This document shows positions 38,640 through 50,199 of a stretch of 64,000 bases of DNA, piece by piece. Position 1 is the stretch's first letter, and each line of letters starts with the position of its first letter. Source of the stretch: Hypanus sabinus (taxonomy: Eukaryota); NCBI RefSeq assembly GCF_030144855.1, contig NC_082731.1:23064001-23128000 (forward strand). The letters run 5' to 3'. The translations under genes were made by a program, and so were the position numbers. A model generated the notes under the pieces. That model was not told the origin of the DNA. It did no database searches and worked only from the letters and a program-made list of their open reading frames with translations.

Positions 38640-38893
38640 CCAGTCACGGAACGGGATGTGACTCTCTTTCTTTGATGTACATAGACCTGTCGCATCTTGG
38701 GCAATAGGCGGAGCATGTATCAGAAGGCTGCGTTCACACTGGGCGCTTTTCATTTCCCGGCCATTATAGCACTTAAATGGTAGTACCAGAGAGTTCTGAA
38801 TCCTGGCAATAATTTGTTGAGGAGTTCATCATTGAACACATTCTTTATAAAAATAATGTGGATATTCGTCATCTGGATTGTGTGTGGAGCCTG
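38640..38893 (+). pseudogene. Orphan TCR V promoter plus truncated leader exon
   Basis: Paralog of 42400-42643; ATG 38856 MWIFVIWIVCGA (vs MWRFVIWIGCGAW), cut off by a LINE 3' piece before the donor; no matching V exon follows. Confidence 0.85.
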
Positions 38894-39090
38894 CCAGAAG
38901 GCAGTGGGGTCAATTATATGGATGCTTTCAACAAAGTGTTATATGGAGCTCTTAAGGGTTGCAGTGTCAGGGGTTATGGGGAGAAGGCAGGAATAGGTTA
39001 CTGATTGTGGATGATCAGCCATGACCACAGAGAATGGCGGTGCGGGTTCGAAAGGCCGAATGACCTACTCCTGCACCTATTGTATATTGT
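38894..39090 (+). mobile_element. CR1-type 3' tail fragment
   Basis: ccagaaggcagtgg...gatcagccatga...gaatggcggtgcgggttcgaaaggccgaatgacctactcctgcacctattgt. Confidence 0.9.
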
Positions 39091-39737
39091 CATTTCGTGT
39101 CCCTGCAATTTCCTTTGTTCTCATTGTCCTGTAACGAAATCCCCTCAATGGAGAAGCACCATTTCAGAACCTCCACCCAGAAATGTGATATCTCGATTTT
39201 TTTTTATCAGCGTTATCTTCATATATTTGTATTAGCAGCCAATTGCTTAGCGAGCCCAGGCAAATGAAAGGTAACCTAGTTATAGGTAATAGTTATAGGT
39301 TACAGGTAAATTAAAGCAATAGGTAACTTAGTTAGTTACCTTGTTATACCTTGCCAACTCCGTCGGTTCAATACTACAAGTCCTCTTCCAGAATGGTCTG
39401 GACCACAACTATATCATACCAGTAAGGCAAGACATGATTATTAGTTATCTCGGAGAATGCCACTGCGTTTCACATCCGCCCACATTACATTCAGGTGTGC
39501 AAGACGTCGAGAAACGGATTTCATTCGGCTGCACCATCTCCGCTATGTGTTGCTCCAGGCGGCTGGAACTGTTGTATCCGGGGAGCGTCAGGATAGACTT
39601 TGAGGCGCACTTCCTCGAAGCCGTTTTAACCTCCTGTTGCTCCTGCGACGTTTGCCATGGTGCCCATCCTCGCATGGCTATGGAGTCTTGGTTTCCTCGG
39701 TGGGGGTAGCTACAGAGGCGATAAAGAGATAAAAGAG

Positions 39738-39770
39738 ATAAGGTGGGAAGTGCCAGCCAGGGCCACGACA
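39738..39770 (-). mobile_element. Short remnant of the same Gypsy LTR end as 20480
   Basis: aaggtgggaagtgccagccagggccacgaca vs atgtgggcaacgccagccaggaccatgaca. Confidence 0.8.
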
Positions 39771-40385
39771 AGTTAAACAGAGAGAATGTGTTTGTGCAAT
39801 CTGGCGGTGATTGCCATGAAGGTTCAGCTTCCTCAGAGATTTGACCTGTCAATCTGCCCGGATCCCTGTTTCTTCAATCCCGTCCTTCTGTGTATGCAGG
39901 GTGGTAGCACGTATATGGGGCCAATTATGTTCCGGAAGACAGCAGACCATTTGAAGTGCAGACTGCATTCTCTTAAGGTCTCCATTCCAGCGAAATTGAC
40001 AGTCCCTCAGACTTTTGCAAACGTTAACTATTGCTTAGAACAGACCTTCCCATCAATGTATCGTGATAATGCTAATGGGAGAGGGGAAATGTTCTGGTGA
40101 GGCAAGTCCAGTCAGATTCTTGAAACGAGGAGCAAGAAAATTGATCATCGTATTCCGGTCATAATGGTATTCCTGTCCCCGATATATCTGCCAATCCAAT
40201 TTCTATTCAAGCAATTGTATTTAGTGTTCCATCATCTCGAAAGATCCACTAAAGAAATGGGAACAAACAAAATTAAAAGGACAACTTTGAAAGCACATTT
40301 GGTGATGCAATGTATTACTTTATTGGGCTGTCACTGAAAAGAAAAAAAAAACGTTGGGTATATTTACTAAGTTTGTTTTAATTAT

Positions 40386-40471
40386 TATTTTTTTCAATAG
40401 GAGCGATACAGTGCACATGACGGCCTAACAAGCCTTGTGCCACACTGTCCCTGCAACCACCGACAAAAATG
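40386..40471 (+). pseudogene. D-segment-like relic, copy D
   Basis: TATTTTTTT, 12 nt, TACAGTG (40407), 27-nt core, CACACTG (40441), 15 nt, ACAAAAATG. Confidence 0.35.
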
Positions 40472-40517
40472 ATTATCTCCTGGTGATCAAGGAATAATTT
40501 ACATTATCCAGTTAACC

Positions 40518-40591
40518 AACTCTGTATTCTTTGAATTGCGAAGTTAACCACTTTCTCAGGGGAACCTCCATATACTCGACCCTGTGAAGGT
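40518..40591 (+). pseudogene. J-segment-like relic, copy D
   Basis: TTT CTC AGG GGA ACC TCC ATA TAC (fs) GAC CCT = F-x-R-G-T-S-I-Y-(V)-D-P, donor GTACAG at 40590. Confidence 0.3.
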
Positions 40592-41452
40592 ACAGAGTTT
40601 ATTCTCAAACAAAGCGCCACAAATGAACTACGAACTCCAAAATAACTCAAACTACAGCAAAGCCGTAGTAACCAAAAGCCCACGTGGCATCCACCTGGAG
40701 AGAATGAAATTAAATTACTGCAAGAGAAGGAAGAGAAGATTTTTTTTTAAGATGAAAACATTGAATCAGACAAGAGTAGACTTGTTTGTCGAACCCTGGA
40801 AGGACGACGAGTCATTTTAATGTCATATCGTCAGGAAACTCCCAAATGAAGAACATGTATACGGAGATAATAATTCTTGGAAATACTGCTGGAGTTGTAG
40901 GCTCGAAGGGAAAGAGACAGATATGAGAGTAAGAATGAGAGCTGATAATACAATTAGCAAACGCACAAACACAAAGAGTACAGAAGGCAAGAGAGGAAGA
41001 GAGAGGGTACATAATGGAAACGAGGAAATGACATGCAGCTAAGTATAAGTCAAGCAGCGAGACAAACGAAAAATAAACCGACAAATAGATAGAGTATCTG
41101 GACAGAGTTATTGAAAGAATAACAGACTGTTCGGGAGAAGCGAGGGTTAGAGTGGTGATTGGAGAAAATGACCATCTGCATTTTAAAAAGAGGTAAAATT
41201 TACAGAACGACACATTCTCAAGGAACCAGAAAGATACAATAGAAAATTGGAAGATAATGATGGCTCGACTAAGGCAGAGGCCTGGAAGTAGAGAGATAAC
41301 GGAAGTGAGAGAGAAAGAAAGGGAGTAGAAATAAACAAGGATATTGTCGTAGGTAGATATTGACAGGGGGAGAGAGTCTTTGAGCGAGATTCAGATAAAC
41401 TGGAGGAAAACCTGCATCCTACACGGCATTCATTTATTTGTGCTCCTTACAG

Positions 41453-41833
41453 ATTACTGAGGTTGCGCTGCCGACTGAGACTCTGTTAAAATTAACAATC
41501 TTTGTACTGTTGAGCTCATGTACTTCTGGGTTGTCGAAAGTTCTGGTATCTTTCATCAGAGATGATCCAGTAGCGTACCAACCGCAATACGATGAGTCAA
41601 TCAAGTTTCGGCCGAATGAATGTTTGAGAAAGGACAGACAAAACATTAAAATATGCATCAATGAAATATATTTCAGCATCCTGAGATATCTACGATATAT
41701 CGGCTGCAATATGTTCAACATTCTCCAGAAGAATGATTGGGCAGTTTTACGCTGAGTTGTAGAAATATTGAAGGATCACATGTAAATATTTCAGGGGGAC
41801 CTATGTCATATTGTGCCCTATATCTTCACGCTG
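41453..41833 (+). pseudogene. Leaderless V-like exon relic, copy D
   Basis: Acceptor tttatttgtgctccttacAG; IT.....TE(fs)DSVKIN..CTV; FWY 41544; TAT TGT GCC CTA (YCAL) 41809-41820; CACGCTG 12 nt after Cys; no nonamer. Confidence 0.35.
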
Positions 41834-42399
41834 TCGAGCTCAATCTATCGTGGCCGGTGCAGTCAAAATGCTCCCCCTGGTGTCGCTAAGCTAAATTGGC
41901 ACGAAAACATCAACAGATAGCGAATGAAGGAATGACAAAATGTCAGCACACTCACAAAGAGACACAAACACACTCGTGCCCAAACACACACAAACACACG
42001 AGCGCAAGCTCTTTCCGTCAGACTTACTTATTCAGACACCGATTCGCAGAAAATGAAGCAAAAATGGCAAGAATGAAAGGATAGCAACCGCGAAGCAGAG
42101 AAATGTATTGACTAATATACGGAGAACATCTCCATCATATTTAACTGTAATTTCTCAGTGATTTGGTCAATTTTATTTAGCATTGTTTCCATGTAAAATC
42201 CTGAGATATTTGTATAAACATATGTTTCAGGAACCGTCCGATGTCTGAGATTTTCCCTTAAATCTCTCGGTGCTTTGCTGAATGTCGGCAAGAGGCTCTC
42301 TGATAGTATTTCCGCGATATATCTCTTTGGCATGTCGATCGACTGTACAACGGGAAAAAATGTAATTTCTAGAGCTGCAATCTTATGTCGTCATGGGCT

Positions 42400-42604
42400 G
42401 TGCAGTCAGCGGGGTGTGACGCCCATTCCTTGAGATTCATGGAGCTGTCTCATTATAGGCGGAGCATGCCTCATGTGGCTGCGTTCCCATTGGGCGCTTT
42501 TCACTTCCTGCCCATTATAGTACTTAAGCAGTAGAATGAGAAAGTCCTGAATACTGGTGATAATTTTTGATGAGAAAATAATTCAACCCATTCTTCATAG
42601 AAAT
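42400..42604 (+). promoter_or_regulatory. Putative TCR V promoter
   Basis: gtgTGACGcc CRE-like site, cacttcctg ETS-like site, AT-rich cattatagtacttaa; conserved in the paralog at 38640-38855. Confidence 0.5.
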
Positions 42605-42650
42605 ATGTGGAGATTCGTAATCTGGATCGGGTGCGGAGCCTGGTTAACTG
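42605..42650 (+). CDS. TRDV: TCR alpha/delta V leader exon (MWRFVIWIGCGAWLT, phase-1 donor G|GTTTGT)
   Basis: 46-nt exon, 101-nt GT-AG intron, splices in frame to the V exon. Confidence 0.88.
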
Positions 42651-42751
42651 GTTTGTACGCAGCAGACAATTGAAAAGCTTTCTCGAAACTGAATTCTGAA
42701 AAAAAAAATGATCGTCAACATAACATTTCATGTTTTGACGTTATTTTTTAG

Positions 42752-43058
42752 ATACGAGTCATGGAAAATCTGTCACTCAGACAATGCCACCACAAATGAA
42801 GACAGAAGAAGAGACTGTGACTTTCAGCTGCACCTATGATACTAGATGGAGTGACTATACTTTATATTTGTACCGACAAAGGCCAGAGCAAAGTCTCGAG
42901 TACATATTGTCCAAAGATACTGCTGGAAGCGAAGGTCACGTCGAATTTGCCAGAAGACGCTTCAAATCCTCACTGGACGAGGGAAAGAAATTATTTAGTG
43001 TCACCATCTCAAAGCTGCAAATGGGCGACTCTGCAGTTTATTACTGTGCGCTAAAGCG
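42752..43058 (+). CDS. TRDV: T-cell receptor alpha/delta variable gene segment (open frame, Trp41>Leu)
   Basis: Acceptor ttattttttAG; (D)TSHG-KSVTQTMPPQMKTEEETVTFSCTYDTRWSDYTLYLYRQRPEQSLEYIL...FARRRFKSSLDEGKKLFSVTISKLQMGDSAVYYCALK; both canonical Cys; followed by RSS. Alpha vs delta usage cannot be decided from sequence. Confidence 0.93.
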
Positions 43059-43097
43059 CACAGTGATGCATTGTACTTAAATGCTCGTACAAAAAAA
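43059..43097 (+). promoter_or_regulatory. 23-bp-spacer recombination signal sequence
   Basis: CACAGTG (43059-43065), exactly 23 nt, ACAAAAAAA (43089-43097). Confidence 0.95.
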
Positions 43098-43370
43098 TCA
43101 CTTACTGTAGAATCCATGCTTTGGTCGCTGCAGCTTAATATATTTGTATAATCCTTTACTCAATGTGGTTTTACGCCACTAAGAGTACGTGTTGAAGTTT
43201 CCCTCGCCTTCGTCTGTGAACACTCAGCAACGGTGTAACCGCACCACTCTTTCCAATGACGCAGAGAGATCTAGAGCCTCTGCCATCTCAATTAATTTGT
43301 GAAATATACTTTACCACGACAAACGAATTATGAACGGTAAAAGACCACCATCACTATCACTCGTTGGGGT

Positions 43371-43371
<1 letters not shown>

Positions 43372-43445
<74 letters not shown>
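43372..43445. repeat. (GT)n microsatellite, about 37 units
   Basis: Direct reading. Confidence 0.99.
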
Positions 43446-43448
<3 letters not shown>

Positions 43449-44229
43449 GCCGTTCAAAATAATGTTTACTGTCCAGTGTGCCAATGCAAATCATGGCGAC
43501 TGGAGTCAATGCTATCTGGCTGATGTTGTTTAGTAATTTAGATAAAAGATTTTTAGCTATTTATTACTGTGATGATGAATGATTGTCCGGAATCTGAATA
43601 TGTGAAGTTCTGAAGAAGTCCGCATAGATATCAATGAGCAGGTGTGCACACACCCTAACTACATGACCTGAGATGTGTTCTTGCCAGGTCTGATAACTGA
43701 GAAAGAGTCATATCTGTTAGATTCCTTCTGATGACTTCTGATGATGCAGAAGTGAAGACAGCGCTGTTAATGAGGAGAGTACATTTATGATCACCTACAT
43801 AAATTAGCGTGATAAGAAAGTCAGCGGAAGAAAAGGGAGCCTGAATGTGGGAATGAATTTGAAGTAATGGAACATGAGGAAATTACTTGAAATTGGAGAA
43901 ATCTATGTTCATACCATCATGATAGACGGTACCCAATCCGAATTTGGGATGTTGTCTCAGGATAGCAGAATAAGAGGACATGGACGTCATTTTGGAATGG
44001 ATTTGGTAATTAAGTTATAATGGTTGGGATGCATTGAAATCCTTCCTGCTGTAGTCCGAGTGAATTTGTGTGATAACATTGACCCACCACCTACGTCGAG
44101 CCTCTCCGATGTTGTGCACACCGGAATATAAAGACTGCAAATAGTGAATAAGACAAATATGTGAAAGAACAAAGGAGGATAATTTCACCATTTTAGCCCA
44201 CAGAGAATGGTCCGCTATTTCATGGTAGC

Positions 44230-46720
44230 TGATCTATTTATCTTCTATTTTTCTCTTTCTTTTAGAAATATTTTTATTGATTTTAAACAAACATAAATGA
44301 AACATGAATACAAAGAGCCTGAGAGTACTTAATTAATAGGTTAACGTATAAATAAAAATAGATGATAATCCATATATAATATCCTCACAAACTCGAGTTT
44401 TGTAACAAACTCGTTACAAAAATTGGAGAAAATAAAACAACAAAAAAAGAAAAAAATCCTAACCGACATGGGCCATTGTATTAAATCAATTATACACAGT
44501 ACTGTCAATTACTCCGCACCACAATCCAGGTCATTAGGGATGATAAGAGAACGGTTCAGGAAAACTCAGTTCAGCTCATACGAAAATGTTGAATAAATGG
44601 TCTCCAAGTTGTTTTCAAATTTAACTGAAGGGTCAAAGACAATACTTTTTTCTAAACTCAATCAAGAAATAGTTTGAGAAAACCACTGAAATATAGTTGG
44701 AGGATTAATTTATTTCCAGTTCAATAAGATAGATCTTCTAGACATTAATGCAACACATGCAATCATCCGCCTAGCTGCGGGGGGTAAACACCTATTATCC
44801 ACCATTGGTAAACCGAAAATTTCAGTAATAGGTTGCGGTTGCAATTTGATATTCAGAACTGTTGAAATGATACCAACAAGATCTTTTGAATAATTTAGCA
44901 AACAGAGGCAAAACAAAAACATGTGGATCAATGAAGCGGCTTCAGAATGACATCTGTCACAGGTTAAATTAACATAAAATTAAAATCGAGCAAGTTTATC
45001 CTTGGACATGTGATCCCTGTGTACAACCTTAAATTGTATTAGGGCATGTTTAGCACAAATAGAAGAGAATTGACTATTTGTTAAATTTTCTCCCATTGCT
45101 TTGTGGGTATAATACATTGAAGTTATTTTTCCCATTCATTCCTGATTTTTTTCTGATACTTCTGGATGTATTTTCATGATCATATTATGAATGATGGCGA
45201 CCAGACCATTCTGGCAATGATTCAGAACTAAAACTTTTTTTTTTCTGTAGTATACGTTGGACATGATAACGGAAAAGTCTTTAGCATATTATTCAAGAAA
45301 TTTCTAGCTTGCAAGTATCTAAGAAAATGAGTTTTAGGCAAATTATATTTATTGGATCTCTGTTCGAAGGACGTAAATCTGTTTCCTAAAAGTAGATTAC
45401 GAAAACATGTTATACCATTTGTTTTCCTTAACACAAAGTATTGATTCATAAAAGAGGGCTGAAGAATAGTTAGATTTAACAGGGCTTGATAAGATAAGCT
45501 TTTTGAAGCCGAAGCATTTACGAAATTGAAACCATACTTGTAATGTATGTTTAAATATAGGATTAGTTATCTGTTTATTCAGTTTAGATTAAGCAAAAGG
45601 AAGTGAAGATCCTAAAATAGAAAACAATTTATAATCTTGTACAGATTTACATTCCAAATTTACCCATTGTGGGCAAGGTAAGATAATCGAATCTTGTGTC
45701 CAAAATATAGAATATCGAATATTAACTGCCCAGGAGTAAATTCGTAGGTTTGGCAAAGCCAAACACAATTCGTTCTTAGGCTTATGTGAATATCTTTTAC
45801 TTAATCTTGGATTTTTATTCTGCCACACATACGAGGATATTTTGGAGTAAATAATATGAAAAAAAAATATTTAGGAATAAACATTGGTAATGCTTGAAAT
45901 AAGTATAAAAAATGGATAATACTATCACCTTGACAGCATTAATTCGACGAACCAATGAGAAAGATAATGAGGACGGATTGGTAATAAGTTGCCTGATTTN
46001 NNNNNNNNNNNNNNNNNNNNNNNNNNNNNNNNNNNNNNNNNNNNNNNNNNNNNNNNNNNNNNNNNNNNNNNNNNNNNNNNNNNNNNNNNNNNNNNNNNNN
46101 NNNNNNNNNNNNNNNNNNNNNNNNNNNNNNNNNNNNNNNNNNNNNNNNNNNNNNNNNNNNNNNNNNNNNNNNNNNNNNNNNNNNNNNNNNNNNNNNNNNN
46201 NNNNNNNNNNNNNNNNNNNNNNNNNNNNNNNNNNNNATCCTTAAGTTTATTGGCAATTTTAATACCTAAACAAATAAAATGATCTGAAACAACATTAAAT
46301 GTTAAATGATTATAAATTGAAACTTGTATATTTAATGGAAATAATTCACTCTTATTAAAATTCAGTTTGTAAACAAAAAACCTACTAAACTGAGCAAGCA
46401 AGGATAAAATAGCATGAATTGATCTCTCAGAATCTGATATGTATGGTAACAAATCATCAGCTTATGATGATATCTTCTAAGTACGTTCCCAACGGTTAAT
46501 ACCAAAAATATTAGATGATTGACGAATGGCAATGGCCAAAGTTTCCAAAGGTTCCAAAGTAGTTTCAAAGTTTCAAATAATAGCGGACTTAAAGGACAGC
46601 CGTGCCTCGTACCACGGGACAACTGAAAAAAAATACTGTTTGATTATTGATAAGGACCGAACCCAAAGGTTCAAACTAAAATTGAAAATCTGCAACGTAT
46701 TTAAAATGAAGGAGTATAAA
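44230..46720 (-). mobile_element. L1-clade LINE ORF2 3' part including 3' end (N gap 46000-46236 inside)
   Basis: MSRGTRHGCPLSPLLF..., KNELCLALPNLRIYSWA, PKTHFLRYLQARNF, ACVALMSRRSILLNWK; paralog of 20650-21790. Confidence 0.9.
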
Positions 46721-47286
46721 TTACACTAATTAATTTTCTTACGTTATTCTCTTCTCATTCACAACCACCGTTCTTCTCCCGTATAACCTTTACCATATCG
46801 AATCATAATCCATCAGCCTCTGTCTTAAATATAGATACAGATTTGGCCTAAGTCGATATCTGTGGCAAAAAAATTCCACATCTTCCCCACTCTCCGGCCA
46901 AAATGACAAATTTAAAAAAGAAATCCTCATCTCCGTTCTAAAAGGACGCCCATATATTTGAGCCGCTTTCTCATTTCGTCATTTGCCCAATAACCTCATT
47001 TCATTATTACGCCCAGCTTCCTGACGGGAAGCCAATTCTGAATCCAAATAGCCAAGTTTCACTCTTTGCTTATCTTTGCAGATGAGGATACGTTTGTGAT
47101 CGTTTTTAATGGAATCCATGCACATCGATACTCCTCACGCATTGAAGCACAGCTCACACTGAAACACTGAAACAACTTGCTGTTACATACCCACAGTTTG
47201 GACGCCGGAGATTGGAATGATGTGATGGTCTTGTGAGTGGGATGATGTAATTGTCTATTGACCCTGGGGGTGGGGTGGGGTGGGGA

Positions 47287-47705
47287 TGTGATGTCACGTG
47301 ATGGCATAATCAAAACCGTATTTAAACCAAAACGCGGATTGTGATGCAGTTCTCATTTTTATTTTTGATGCAACATTGTTGCTGGACGGAGGTGTGAGGC
47401 TCCACTAGTTTTGTTTATTGTACGTTCATTTTTCTTTTTCCCTTGCAGTCCAGTATCAGAGTGTGAAGGCATTTAGGCAGTTATCCGAGTTCAAAGGACT
47501 TTATAACGTTCCTGACGTTCAGCGTTTTAGGCAATGGTAGAACCTGGACTTCGTTCAGAATTTAAGGAATGCATATTTGAGTTGAGGCTCTGCAAAGTCA
47601 GGAAGGTTTCTCTTGTGACCATCCTCCAGTCAAAAGATTGATCCTTCGCAGGAACTGTTTTTTTTTTTCGGGGCGTCTGTTCTTACTGACGTATAAATCA
47701 CATGG
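47287..47705 (+). pseudogene. Decayed V gene (promoter, leader, short V exon), copy 2
   Basis: TGTGATGTCA 47287, TATTTAAA 47319, ATG 47344 MQFSFLFL(fs)ATLLLDG, donor 47392, acceptor 47448, W 47545, TAC-TGA 47687, CACATGG 47699. Confidence 0.55.
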
Positions 47706-47964
47706 ACTTTTGAATTTATCACTTTAAGTCTGTGCTTGGATGAACACCCGTGAAGAACAGTTTCTAAGTTTGAATGCTTTTGCCGCCTAACTGATAACTT
47801 CCGGTTAAGTTAGTTGTTTGTTTACATTCCTAAGTTCGAGCAGAGATTAATAAATCTGGAAATTTATTTTCAACCCTGTCTCAGTTTCATATTCATTGCT
47901 GCTGCATTTGTAACATTCGTCTGTTACTGGCAGTTGACACCTTTATTTATCTGGGCAGTAAACT

Positions 47965-48720
47965 TTCACGAGCGGTGAACATAGATACAGAGATCATCAT
48001 GTGCCGATGCCAGTGCCGCCTTTGGGAAATCCCGTGAAAATGTATGGGAGCGGAGAGAACTCAGCATTACCACCAAACTTAAAGTCTATCGAGCAGCGTT
48101 TCTCACCACCCTCCTCTATGCTAGCGAGACATGGACTGTCTACAGCAGTCAAGAGAAACAGCTCAACTGCTTCCTCTTGAGCCGCCTCCGCACACTTCTC
48201 CACGTACGATGGCAGGACAAAGTCCTAGACATAGACATGGAGATCCTAGAGCGGGCTAGCTCCCACAGCGGCATCACCTTCTTACAGAAAGCCCAAGCCA
48301 GATGGTCTGACCATGTCGTGACGATGCCTGACAGTCGACTACCAAAACAGCTGCTGTATGGAGAGCTGAGCCAGGGCAAACGCTCAGTTGGAGGGCAGAA
48401 GAAACCTTTCAATGACTGCCTCAATGTGTCCCTCAAAGTCCTCAATATCAATCCCAGGAGCCGGGAATCGCTTGCTCTGGACCACCCAAACTGGTGGGCG
48501 CCCAATCGGACGCACCACAGATGCTCAGATGAAACACGCGTCGCGTAAGGCTCGAGTAACCTCCAGTTCCTCCCCTCATATGTCCAACATGTGGGCGAGC
48601 TTTCAGGGTCCGGATTGGCCTCACCAGTTACCTCTGGACCCACAGTCACAAACCGTCCACCTGAAAGATGTCGTTGTCGTCTTCGATCCGAAGGACGAAA
48701 AACAGTCGTAAAATTGCGCC
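47965..48720 (+). mobile_element. RTE (BovB-like) LINE 3' fragment, duplicate of 23055-23810
   Basis: RWQDKVLDIDMEILERA...RLPKQLLYGELSQGKRSVGGQKK. Confidence 0.9.
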
Positions 48721-50199
48721 TGAATTTGTTTGCATTTCCAAATGTCCACCTGCCAGCATTATTCAGCTGGATCCATCCAGTCTCTCCTGATCAGGCAGAC
48801 TTTGAATATCCTTGGAAGTCTCCGTTTACGCTTTTCACCCAACTGCCTCCATCTGCACTACGGCGACTAGAAATTTAGGAAATACAATTGTTGCCGCCGC
48901 GCAGTTATGACAGTAGTGCCATATCTTGATCTCTGTATCGAATTCGCTGATGGCAAGCAAGACATTCTTTTCAGTCCATTTATACATCCAAGAAAACATG
49001 CTCTTTTGCCCAACTGACTCTGCTCTAAGAGTTTAACCTACCACGTACTGAATAATTCCTTGCTTGGAATATCTTATTGAAATGCATCATATCACGCTTA
49101 CCTATATTGAAATCGAAATGTGTTTCTTGTTTGCCCAGCAAAAACAGGGAGTTATCGAGTTCGGAATAGTGAATAGCAGTGGACTGTAAACAGTTGCCAA
49201 CATGATACATTTAATTTGCCTTGACTTGCCCTATTAAGTACCTGATCTGTCTTTATGTGCTGCGCATCGGGGTTGATATTGTGTGCTTTATTTGTAGAAT
49301 ATTGTTTACTGTTATAACGTCTCGACTTTTAACTCTATTGATATATAGAAGCAGTATTAGGTTATTTGACCCATCAAGTGCGCTACTCATTTCATAAAGG
49401 CAGTTTCAAATTTCCTCTCACCTCAGTGTTCTTTCTTTTGCCCATTTTCCCCAAATCCTGACTAATCTATTATATATAAATGTTTAACTTCAATATGCAT
49501 AACGTTTTTCCCTCCAAACCTGCGTATGGCTATGATTCACAGATTGCCATCGCTCTCTGCAGAAGTAAATTCCTCTTCATCCATGCTTTTTGAAAAGAAC
49601 ACCTTTATTCTGATGTGGGGTCTTCTGGTCTTTGATTCTCTCTCACTCAAGTAAGGAAGAATCTTCTCTATACCCGCTCTATGAAGGTTTTCGCCATTGG
49701 ATAGATTTCAATGTCATCACCCCTAGTCCCTCCGAATTCATGTGACTAGACATACATAATCATTAGACGTTCCTTGCATCCAAGACTTTCAAACCTGAAA
49801 CGATTTCCTGAACGTCGTCTGAACCCGTTCCAGTTTGAGTGAATGAATGAATGTATGACATTTTATTTCGGTCAGTAGAAACAAACCGAAAAGTATCAAT
49901 TTCAACGATTATATCATAAGGCTGATTTCATAAAACAACTTTAAAGAATAAAAAAAAAACTTTAAAACAGAGTGAAAGTGTACAGTCTGAAGCTACAGAT
50001 TATCGTGCCTACCTCTCTTACTTATCAGGGATGATTAATAAGTTTGTGACCTTATGTAGAAGGACTCAATTTCAGAAAACCTAGCACTTTTATTTTTCAA
50101 CATTGCCCCCGGTTAACGAATTGCACTTCCAAGTATCATTTATCTAGATCACCTCCATTCATTTTAAATCAATTATTTTATACTTATTTATGAAATAAT

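Noticed and set aside
39445-39852. Minus ORF with EMVQPNEIRF, initially read as Penelope RT (EMEQSNELPFLD)
   Set aside because: The segment is homologous to 14088-14462 and lacks further RT motifs; the resemblance is probably chance.
41434-41755. Overlapping ~100-aa ORFs on both strands, partly open in the paralog
   Set aside because: No known domain; openness in a young paralog is uninformative; better explained as a V-exon relic.
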